Assembly: GCA_023386035.1 (NCBI GenBank)
Contig: JAEWKM010000050.1
Location: 67,694-131,693, forward strand
Direction: 5' to 3'
Length of the DNA: 64,000 bases
DNA from: Pseudomonadota bacterium
GTDB lineage: Bacteria; Desulfobacterota; Desulfovibrionia; Desulfovibrionales; Desulfovibrionaceae
Position numbers and translations under genes: made by a program. Below, piece by piece: positions 41,001 to 48,223 of the stretch (the stretch's first letter is position 1; every line of letters begins with the position of its first letter). The notes below the pieces were generated by a model. That model made no database searches and was not told the origin of the DNA. It worked only from the letters and a program-made list of their open reading frames with translations.

Positions 41001-43649
41001 GGAAGGCAAGGAAAATCCTGCCTCTTCAAATACTTCGCGCAAGGTCACGGCAAAAGCGGCCCGGTCTACCGGCTCCAGCAGGGCGTGGGTATAGCCAGAC
41101 TCCGCCAGGGCGTCCCAGCGGCTGTCGTCGGCAGTGATGGCCAATGCCTTGAAAAAGGGCAGACCTGCGTCAAGCGCCTGATTTCTGAAGCGGTCCAGCG
41201 CGTCGGTTTCAGCGGGGCCGTCCATAGGCGAATGCACCACCAGCAGAAGGGCCGGAGCTTCCTTGTTGAGCTCCAGAGCTTCGCGCATGGTGCGGGCTTC
41301 TGTGCTTTGCAGGCCTTGGGCGGCGGTCAGGTGCGCCAGATCCTGACGCTCCACGGCTCTGTCGGCCACAATGGTCACATGGGCTTCACGCGGTTCTGGC
41401 GCGGCGGCTTCATGTTCCAGCGGTTTGAGGCGCAGTGTGAAAGAAATGGTTGTGCCGTGGGGGCCGCATTCCACATTGAGATAACAGTTGTTGGTTCCGG
41501 CGAGTTCCCAGGCCCGTGTGAGGGCAAGGGTAGAGCGGCTGCGCGGGGGAATGCCAGCGCCCGTATCCGTTACCGTAAAGAGCAGGTGGCCAGGGTCGGC
41601 GCTTTCCGGCACTCGCCGGACAGAAAGGTGTACGGCCCCGCGCGTGGTGGCGCGTACCGCGCTTTCCAGCAGCAGGCAAAGAGTTTCGCGCAGGGTTTGG
41701 GCCTGCCCTTCATACATGTGTCCAAGCAGGGGCGGCATGTACCAGGCCAGCCCTATGCCTGCGTTTTCGGCAGTGGTGCTGACGGCGTCGTGAGCCTCGC
41801 GCACCATGTGCTGCAGGTTGAAAGCGCTGCGGGGCTCGCCGATGGCGCTGTGGTCCAGGCTTTTACCGGGATTGTCGACGGCATGCGCCAGATCGGTGGC
41901 AGCCTCAAGCATGTTTTCAGCGTACTGCCGCACAGCCGGAGGCAGCGAGCAGTTGTTCAGGGCCGCACCTTCACGCATAAGACGGTCAAGAGGCGCGCGC
42001 AGGGCGTTTTCCCACAGGCAGGGATCAGCACCCGCAAACGCTGACGGGGTAGCCCGGTTCGCGGCACTTGTTTGCGCAGGCGCACCTTCGGGGCTGTTGT
42101 CGCCGCCCCAGGAAAGTGTGGACTGCAAAGGCGTGCCCAGCGGCGCCTCTGCACCGCGCTTCCAGGCATTGCCGCTGCTGGCGGTGGGTGATGGCGGCAA
42201 AAGGCGCAGATTGGGGTCGTCCAGCGGTTGATCCAGATTAATGGCCCCGTCTTCCATCATAAGGGCTGCATCGGCATCACCGATGCCTCTGCCCGCCATA
42301 TCGGACATGCCGGGCCCGCCAAGGCCTTCCAGACCGGGCAATGATTTGCCTTTTTTCTTGCCTTTTTGTTTTTTGTCGTCAGCGCTGTTCTGGGCCATGT
42401 CGCGCGGGGCTCCGGTGCCCGCAATGATAAGCGCGCTCAGGGCCGTGCCCCACAGAGGGGCGGACGCCATAAGATTGGCGGCATAGCCGCTGTCGACACC
42501 AAGAACTCCGGCAACCACAAAGGCAGGCGGCAGCAGGCAGCCCAGCAAAAAGCGCCTTGCCCCGCCAAGGCCCATAACGGCTCCGCCGATGGCGCTTGGT
42601 ACAAAAATAAGAGTGCATATGGGCCACAGGGCCAGATAGCGAATAATCCAGCTGAAGCCCGGCATGAGGGGCAGCAGCGCCAAGGCTGCGCCCGGCAGGG
42701 AAAGCAGCACGAACTGCGCGTCCAGCAGGCGGGAGCGTTGTTTGGTGCGCAAAAGGTGACGGCCCACATGCGGCAGCAGCATAAGCGCCACGCCGGGGCT
42801 TATCACGGCGGCAGCCTCCAGCATTGTGATATGCCCGGAACCGTAGCCGGGCATACCCATAACGGCCTGCGCCAAGGCGGCGGCCACATACAGGGCTGTC
42901 CAGACGCGCCACTGGCCTTTTTCAGAAAGGCCGCGCAAAAGGCAGAGCAGCATGACCACGCCCATAGCCAGAATTGCCGCTGTTCCCGCAAGGCTGCCCC
43001 AGTTGTTGGCAGCGTCCTGCGGGGTGCGCAGCATGGGTTCAAACCACAGGCCGGGCACGCCGTCGAGGCGAATATAGCAGGTCAGCGGTTCGCTGGTAGC
43101 CTCGGGCAGCAGAAGCACGTCACGCTGGGTTGGAACAATCTCTCTCCATTCCACACTATCAGTGAGAGGATTGACGTGCGGTTCGTAAAGAACAGGGCCG
43201 TCGGGCACGCTGGCCCCCATATCAAGCAGCATGGTTCCCGCTTTTGCGCCCTGGGGCAGCGGGGCAAGCGTAAAGCGCAGCCACATGATGCCCACGGCGC
43301 GCGGCAGGGTTTTCATGTTCAGCGGCTGAAAGGCACTGGCATTGGCCGGGGTTGCCACTTCCTCCACGTCCATAGTGCCTGTCTGGTCAATGAAATACTG
43401 AAGCCGGGGCAGCAAGGGGGCGCTTGAAGCGGACAGGGCGGGAGGCACCATGCTTTTCTGAATGCTGACGGGAGGCGGCGAAAGTAGCGCCTCTGTGGGC
43501 GCAGCCCTGAGCGCGCCCGGAAGTGCGGCCAGAAAAATCAGGCACAGCAGCGTGGCGCTCAAGCGCGCAGCCGCGTTGCAACCACGCCGGAGCTGACGAG
43601 CCTCGGTGTGATTTTTGCCGGAATGGGGGCCGGTATGGATATATGTCAT
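38088..43649 (-). CDS. Giant (1853 aa) 7TM-DISM-type membrane sensor with kinase-like, receiver-like, long disordered and HPt-like regions
   Basis: Signal peptide, a periplasmic domain and seven predicted TM helices (about aa 215-412). HATPase-like region with VTDTGAGIP. Receiver-like region (aa ~757-875). About 860 aa rich in D/E/S/T/A/P. C-terminal helical region with a CHGVGEAAG HPt-like motif. Confidence 0.85.
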   Translation of the reverse strand: MTYIHTGPHSGKNHTEARQLRRGCNAAARLSATLLCLIFLAALPGALRAAPTEALLSPPPVSIQKSMVPPALSASSAPLLPRLQYFIDQTGTMDVEEVATPANASAFQPLNMKTLPRAVGIMWLRFTLAPLPQGAKAGTMLLDMGASVPDGPVLYEPHVNPLTDSVEWREIVPTQRDVLLLPEATSEPLTCYIRLDGVPGLWFEPMLRTPQDAANNWGSLAGTAAILAMGVVMLLCLLRGLSEKGQWRVWTALYVAAALAQAVMGMPGYGSGHITMLEAAAVISPGVALMLLPHVGRHLLRTKQRSRLLDAQFVLLSLPGAALALLPLMPGFSWIIRYLALWPICTLIFVPSAIGGAVMGLGGARRFLLGCLLPPAFVVAGVLGVDSGYAANLMASAPLWGTALSALIIAGTGAPRDMAQNSADDKKQKGKKKGKSLPGLEGLGGPGMSDMAGRGIGDADAALMMEDGAINLDQPLDDPNLRLLPPSPTASSGNAWKRGAEAPLGTPLQSTLSWGGDNSPEGAPAQTSAANRATPSAFAGADPCLWENALRAPLDRLMREGAALNNCSLPPAVRQYAENMLEAATDLAHAVDNPGKSLDHSAIGEPRSAFNLQHMVREAHDAVSTTAENAGIGLAWYMPPLLGHMYEGQAQTLRETLCLLLESAVRATTRGAVHLSVRRVPESADPGHLLFTVTDTGAGIPPRSRSTLALTRAWELAGTNNCYLNVECGPHGTTISFTLRLKPLEHEAAAPEPREAHVTIVADRAVERQDLAHLTAAQGLQSTEARTMREALELNKEAPALLLVVHSPMDGPAETDALDRFRNQALDAGLPFFKALAITADDSRWDALAESGYTHALLEPVDRAAFAVTLREVFEEAGFSLPSLNAQDVQQAPETGDAQVDAETAATAAETVDGQSHTEEAQGSAPGTAEGSLSELPDLFGASSPWTPHDASSMRLPDLTALPQILGMTDQMRETTLPWPEASDSATSGPDAAMEPHEDADAHLDATEATMVADAGVLLPHMAPLPEQPEDPNDPDMPDLSNLESLQLPLPGMPENSAVNDVAESNEELSADLSFESLAASEATTDADASDAADMLDGADATDTLGSTDFPDSSGSTDNSIDSDASSEAAASAGLEDGDGQNLIEDDTTDATPQAHAKPVEELAAEGMPEQPKQENAQGEFSSVLPEAESFVTPDDALDADTAHDASEHDGLDASLDAADFIAAAGLEGPQWDTESISAPESPADATAPENSLSGPEQAMPHEDATQQPSHFSEDQPDASTPMEDQDSLGQPVPVQAGPAQSETTRPEQSQKEPAQQHSEDIDEEAATEDVVAVEGEYLTESSDAAEMPAEVRPEELSTTEADPTSSQPANDGTSEHTAFTDPTSGVDAAPESRADETGSPAASLAAAISNSTAHAGQPVITIQGKIGEAVLRPVNAPATSFAPSAPQSNTSHTGEDVKAEQPQAQPEVRVAGTAETAQATSPEEYLDRNFPGSDAAQHDSLQGDEWVGEPMPIGTPPSTSVRTASVNAPATSTASQTSKDRTESRSYVSPSMSGSGEWVGEPMPMTKSASAESAERPAQARSLATPTAQNASLPGTDAATSDAPAKPLRAIPWPGPNLSETEGKGAATSTAVPAQEPVAAAQKPRELPRTATGRLILKLLGNVAASESAPEPVAPSSASAPAGLEKPSGASRTAATRQGTDSEPSFVDFIAGATPPPAGQGAAPQAPEQQPSMRRQEEAQAQPVPQATAPVMATPPVQEDKTLIQLVHRLDEAMEDAQRAYKGRSCHGVGEAAGRIANDSDAFGFRVLARMARCVERAAKANDMNALRDLLPELSVAVERNRIALNPRHQGR

Positions 43650-43746
43650 GATAATTCCGCCTGTATCCTCTGGCTGTATGCGGCAAAGCCCCGGTAAAGG
43701 GCGTATTTTGAAGCCGGAGGCGCGGCAGCAAGCCGCGCCTTCAGTT

Positions 43747-44526
43747 TTAATGCAGGTGCTCCATCAGTTCGGAAACGGGCTTGCCGTCCGGGGCGCGCGC
43801 GGCGGGATTCACCTGTAAAAGGCGCTTCCAGGCGGCCTCGGCTTCGTCCTTGCGCTTGAGGTCGTAGTACAACACGACGCCTTCATTGAACATGGCGTTT
43901 TCAAGGTCGGGCTGTAGTGACGAAGCCTTGCGGAAGCTGGCTACGGCCTTGTCGAACTGGCCAAGCTCGCGCTGCATGATGCCAAGGTCGGTGAGCACGT
44001 GCGCGTTGCCGGGTTCGATGGACAAGGAGCGCTCGTAGGCGGATATGGCCTTTTGGGGCTGCCCGGTGTCAAAATAGAGATTGCCCAGGCTGGCCCAGCG
44101 TGAAGCGTCGCGGGGATTATCCAGCACGGCCTTTTCCAGCTCACCTATGCGCGCCGACAGTTCGGGCGTAACTTGCGGCATTCCGGCTTGCGGGGCGGGG
44201 CGCGCATTTTCAGGAGCCTGCGCCGATGAAGCCGGAGCAGCCGCCTGCTGCTGGGGCATGGACTGAGAAGGGGAATCGTGCAGCATGGATGGAATCAGGC
44301 TGCCCACATACAGGCCGAGAACCAGGGCCACGGCCACACTCATGATATATGTGCCTTTGCGCACGGTGCCAGCCGGGGCTGCCTCAGGCTGATCGTGCCT
44401 GACGGAAGCCTTGGAAGCTGGCTGCGACACGGGCTGAGTGCCGGGGGCCACACTGCTGGGCGTGGTGGGAGAAGGCTTTTGCCCTTGTTCCGAGCCGGGG
44501 GAATTTTTGCTTTTACGACGGGCCAT
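43747..44526 (-). CDS. Membrane-anchored TPR protein (NrfG/CcmI-like TPR region)
   Basis: Single TM (IMSVAVALVLGLYVGSLIPSML). TPRs with NPRDASRWASLGNLYFDTGQPQKAISAYERSLSIEPGN resemble the CcmI/NrfG apocytochrome-chaperone TPR pattern. GAGG RBS. Confidence 0.75.
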   Translation of the reverse strand: MARRKSKNSPGSEQGQKPSPTTPSSVAPGTQPVSQPASKASVRHDQPEAAPAGTVRKGTYIMSVAVALVLGLYVGSLIPSMLHDSPSQSMPQQQAAAPASSAQAPENARPAPQAGMPQVTPELSARIGELEKAVLDNPRDASRWASLGNLYFDTGQPQKAISAYERSLSIEPGNAHVLTDLGIMQRELGQFDKAVASFRKASSLQPDLENAMFNEGVVLYYDLKRKDEAEAAWKRLLQVNPAARAPDGKPVSELMEHLH

Positions 44527-44724
44527 GAAGTCCTCTTGGAGTATTTTCGCGCCGGGGCTGTAAGTTCCCGCAGCGTTGCATACGCCGATGCGGCGTTTTA
44601 AAGCGTTTCACATTTGTAATGCCCGCAAGAATATGGGCACAAATTTTTGCCGCGAAGCACATTGCGGGCCTTGCTTGCTGTTGAGCGCCTGCTGCACGCG
44701 GGCGCTGCGTTGGAGCAGATTACA

Positions 44725-44744
44725 TTGAGAATGTGTATTCTCAA
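44725..44744. promoter_or_regulatory. 20-bp palindrome TTGAGAAT-GTGT-ATTCTCAA (candidate operator)
   Basis: Perfect 8-bp arms. The half-site GTGTATTCTCA recurs at 44851-44861. Confidence 0.4.
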
Positions 44745-44990
44745 AATTTGCGGTACGCCTGTTATGGCGTTTGCCCGCGCAAATACCTGACCGGACAACG
44801 GCTGCTGCTGCGTGTATGCCATATGGCTGGCGCTGTTTACACCGCCGTTTGTGTATTCTCACCTGAGTGCACTACACGGATAAAAGCGCGCGTTTGCCGA
44901 TGCGCCTTCAATGCTGGCGGTATTTTGCCCGCTGGCTATGGTTGTTGAGGTCTCGGGGCCGCAATCTTTGCGGTAAAAGGTACAACCAGT

Positions 44991-45038
44991 AAAAAAAAGA
45001 GGCAAGCCCGCAGCTTGTGTAAGCGCTGCGGGCTTGCC
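44991..45038 (-). terminator. Rho-independent terminator of the ccm operon
   Basis: Minus strand: GGCAAGCCCGCAGC-gcttacacaa-GCTGCGGGCTTGCC, then CTCTTTTTTTT. Confidence 0.85.
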
Positions 45039-45155
45039 CGTATTTCTGGCCTGCATCCTGCCCTCATATCGGGCATGGCCGGGAAACTGCTCATTCTGGT
45101 TCAACGCCCGGGTGTTCCGTCCGGGCCAACCCGGATGGAGCAGGCAGCCGCCAAC

Positions 45156-45836
45156 TTATTTTGCATTTCCGGCGGGAGCCTTGGCTTTTGCGGCCTTGTC
45201 AGCGCTTTTGTTTTCAGGCCTGGCGCTCTGTTCTGCCCCAGATTTGGCGTCCTGCTGTGGCTGCTGCGCCTTTTCCAGTTCCTGCACCATGGCCTTTTTA
45301 AGCTCTTCAGCGGCCTTGGGGTCATTAAGGCCAGCGCTCAGATGTTCCACGCCCTTGGCCGGATTTTCAAGAAAATAGATGTACAGCACGCCAAGGCTGT
45401 AACGAACGGAAGCTTCGTCCTTGATAGCGAGCACTTTTTCAAGCGCTTCGGCGGCTTCCTTGTTGCGTCCCTGATTGTGCATGATGACGCCAAGCAGGTA
45501 GAGAGGCTTGGAGTTGCCCGTGTCCAGCGTTACGGCGCGCTGGGCAAAGGTTTCGGCTGCATCCCAGTTCTGGGCGCTCACAAGGTGCTCGACCAGATGG
45601 ATCATGGCGGTGCTGTCGTTGGGATTTTCCGCCACCTGACGCATGAGCTTGCCTATTTGCTGGGCATCGTCGTCCTGCCCGCCAGCCTGAGCCGCCGAGC
45701 CGGGCCGCCGCTGTTCGGTAAGCGAAGGCTTTTCAAAACGTTCCTTGAGCGAAGCGGCCAGCATGATTACAAGGCCCAGAGCCAGTACAATGATAAGCGC
45801 GCGCGAAGAAGTTGTGCGCTTGGGGCTGTCAGTCAT
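45156..45836 (-). CDS. Membrane-anchored TPR protein at the end of the ccm operon (CcmI-like candidate)
   Basis: Start at MTDSPKRTTSSRALIIVLALGLVIML (TM) behind GGGAG. TPR-like helices. The start overlaps the ccmD stop (ATGACTGA). Confidence 0.7.
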   Translation of the reverse strand: MTDSPKRTTSSRALIIVLALGLVIMLAASLKERFEKPSLTEQRRPGSAAQAGGQDDDAQQIGKLMRQVAENPNDSTAMIHLVEHLVSAQNWDAAETFAQRAVTLDTGNSKPLYLLGVIMHNQGRNKEAAEALEKVLAIKDEASVRYSLGVLYIYFLENPAKGVEHLSAGLNDPKAAEELKKAMVQELEKAQQPQQDAKSGAEQSARPENKSADKAAKAKAPAGNAK

Positions 45837-45966
45837 GATTAATAATCTCCCATTGGGCAAGGCGTGCGGCAAGAGCGCGCTGGCGCGCCCCCATAAAGGC
45901 CAGGTAAGCGCCAAGGCCAATCCATACGGCGGCGTTGGCCATGATGATCCAGGTCAGGGTGTCCAT
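45829..45966 (-). CDS. ccmD: Heme exporter protein CcmD (45 aa; below the ORF-track cutoff)
   Basis: Hand translation gives MDTLTWIIMANAAVWIGLGAYLAFMGARQRALAARLAQWEIINHD. Single TM plus a basic tail. GGAGG RBS. Position between ccmC and the TPR gene. Confidence 0.75.
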   Translation of the reverse strand: MDTLTWIIMANAAVWIGLGAYLAFMGARQRALAARLAQWEIINHD

Positions 45967-46044
45967 ATGTCCTCCGTAGCAAGCCCGCCTCGCGTCCGTT
46001 CGCTCCGGTGGGGAGCGCGCGAGGTTTTGGGCCGTGCGATGCGG

Positions 46045-46737
46045 TTACAGTCCTTCTTGCATCAGCCTGTTCTGTTGCAGCGTATCAAGGCGGGCAGCCA
46101 GATCAAGCTGGCGTTTGCGCATCCAGACCAGCCCGGCCCACAAAAAACCGAAGGATATTACGCAGGCTATTACCGTGAGGCGCATTTCCGGCTCCAGCCC
46201 GCCGCCCTTGCTGCCAAAGACAGCCGGATGGATAGAGCGCCATATGCGTGCCGACAAAAAGACCAGCGGCACGTCAAGAAAGGCCACAATGCCAACCACG
46301 GCGCATACTACGTTGCGGCGCAGCGGCGGCAGGTCAAGCCCGCGCAGTACCAGATAGCCCGCATAGATAAACCACATGATAAGTGTGGTGGTCAGGCGCG
46401 GATCCCACGTCCACCAGACGCCCCACGAGCGCCGCGCCCACAGCATACCCGTGACGAGCGCCAGAGCGCTCAAAAGCACGCCCACTTCGGCGGCTGCGGC
46501 ACACAGGCGGTCGGCACCGGGATTGCGCCGCCACAAATAGGCCACGGAGCCAAGAAAAACCACAAAGAAGCTCATGAGTGCCCACCAGGCCAGGGGCAGG
46601 TGGATGTAGAAAATTTTCTGCGGCAGGCCCAAAGTTTGCTCAATTGGAGCATAAGCATAAATGAGCCACTGGCAGGCGGCAAAGGCCAGGCCGCCCGTGA
46701 GGGCCAGCAACTGCGGCAGCGGCGAAAGCTTTGGCAT
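46045..46737 (-). CDS. ccmC: Heme exporter protein CcmC
   Basis: WWD-type motif WGVWWTWDPRLTTTL and multiple TMs. TAATG overlap with ccmB. Confidence 0.92.
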   Translation of the reverse strand: MPKLSPLPQLLALTGGLAFAACQWLIYAYAPIEQTLGLPQKIFYIHLPLAWWALMSFFVVFLGSVAYLWRRNPGADRLCAAAAEVGVLLSALALVTGMLWARRSWGVWWTWDPRLTTTLIMWFIYAGYLVLRGLDLPPLRRNVVCAVVGIVAFLDVPLVFLSARIWRSIHPAVFGSKGGGLEPEMRLTVIACVISFGFLWAGLVWMRKRQLDLAARLDTLQQNRLMQEGL

Positions 46738-47414
46738 TATTCGTCTCCTGCGTAGATATGGCCGAACAGCAGAAGCCCGGCTCCAAGAAATACAGCGTCA
46801 AAAGCTGCGGCCACGCCAAGCCACACACCGGGGCCATCGGCACTGGGCGCGCCAAGGGCTTGCGCCCCAACGCTTATGCCCGCCAGCAAAAGAGGGGTCA
46901 GCAGAGGAAACAGCACAATACTCAGCAGCGACTCGCGCGCGGCCTGCCCCTGGGCCAGAGCGCCCAGCAGCGAGCCCATAGCGCACATGCCCACATCAGT
47001 AAGCGCCAGCGCAGCCAGCGCCTGCGGCAGCGGGCCGCTCAACTCCTGACCAAGAAAAACCACACCTGCGGGAAGAAATATGACTTGCGCCAGCAGCAGC
47101 AAAACCAGTCCCGCGCAGCCCTTGCCAAGCCAGACGGCCTGAATGGGCGCAGGGCAGAGCAGCAGCCCCAGGCGGGCGTTATTGGCTTCTTCAAGCGCAT
47201 AAAGCTGATTGAAAATCAGCACCTGACAGAAGGCGGAACTGAGCCAGAACACAGCCGCCGCGCTTTGCGGCGTCATGCGCTCGCCCACACCCTGAGACAG
47301 GCTGAAAACAAAGAGCAACAGCAGGCCAAGCAGCAATGCCTGTACCAGACCGCTGCCGCGCGCCAGCGTCAGGGAAAGATCCTTACGGGCCATAGCCAGG
47401 GTCAGGCGCAGCAC
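46737..47414 (-). CDS. ccmB: Heme exporter permease CcmB
   Basis: Six-TM hydrophobic protein in the canonical position between ccmA and ccmC. Confidence 0.88.
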   Translation of the reverse strand: MLRLTLAMARKDLSLTLARGSGLVQALLLGLLLLFVFSLSQGVGERMTPQSAAAVFWLSSAFCQVLIFNQLYALEEANNARLGLLLCPAPIQAVWLGKGCAGLVLLLLAQVIFLPAGVVFLGQELSGPLPQALAALALTDVGMCAMGSLLGALAQGQAARESLLSIVLFPLLTPLLLAGISVGAQALGAPSADGPGVWLGVAAAFDAVFLGAGLLLFGHIYAGDE

Positions 47415-48205
47415 TGTGGGCCTCCCTGCGAGCCTTCACCGTTTTGTCCAGAAGTCTGTTTGCAGCCGCCATTGTCTTCAGGGCCTTTAGGGGCATCTGA
47501 CGTACTGTCTGCAATTGCATCACTGGTTTCAGCCGTGGCGTTGCTTGCAGCCGTGGCATTGGACGCAGCTGCCGCTCCGGGCAGGTATCTTGACGGAGCG
47601 CCGTCGTAGGCCAGTTTGCGGCCTTCCAGAGCCAGCAGGCGGTCGGCCAGGGGCGCGTCGCCTGCCAGATCATGACTGATAAGTATGACGCAGGCGTCAC
47701 GAGCGCGGGCATCGAGCACTTCACGGCGCAGAAGGGCCAAAGAGCTGGCGTCAAGCCCTGTGCCCGGTTCGTCCAGCAACAACAAATTGGGTGCCTGCAT
47801 GAGCACGCGGGCCAGGTTCAGGCGCTGCGCCATACCGCGCGAGAATACCCCGGCCCGTTCATGCGCGTGGGCTTCAAGCCCCACGCGCTCAAGAGCGGCC
47901 ATGAGATCCTGGCTGGAATGCGCAAGCCCGCAGGCAGAGCGCCAGAAGCTGAGGTTTTCCAGCGCCGTAAGGCCGGGATACAGAAACGTGGCATGACCGA
48001 GGTAGCCCACGCGGGCGTTTTCGGCCAATCGTGATTCGCCAGCGCTGGGGCGTGAAAGCCCCGCCATAATACGCATGAGCGTGCTTTTGCCCGCGCCGTT
48101 GCCCCCAACCAGCATGGTCACGCTGGCGGGCGCAAAGGCGCAGCTCACATCCTTGAAGATGACCTTGACCCCGTAGGTCTTGGCAACACGCACAAGTTCC
48201 AGCAC
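47402..48205 (-). CDS. ccmA: Heme ABC exporter ATP-binding protein CcmA with a 65-aa low-complexity C-terminal tail
   Basis: Walker A GGNGAGKST, signature FSRGMAQRL, Walker B LLLLDEP. The tail contains ASNATAASNATA. Confidence 0.9.
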   Translation of the reverse strand: MLELVRVAKTYGVKVIFKDVSCAFAPASVTMLVGGNGAGKSTLMRIMAGLSRPSAGESRLAENARVGYLGHATFLYPGLTALENLSFWRSACGLAHSSQDLMAALERVGLEAHAHERAGVFSRGMAQRLNLARVLMQAPNLLLLDEPGTGLDASSLALLRREVLDARARDACVILISHDLAGDAPLADRLLALEGRKLAYDGAPSRYLPGAAAASNATAASNATAETSDAIADSTSDAPKGPEDNGGCKQTSGQNGEGSQGGPQCCA

Positions 48206-48223
48206 TGGCGGCTCTCCGGCGGG

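Noticed and set aside
44634-44650. Sigma54-like TGGGCACAAATTTTTGC on the plus strand.
   Set aside because: The spacing is off by one, and no plus-strand gene lies downstream.
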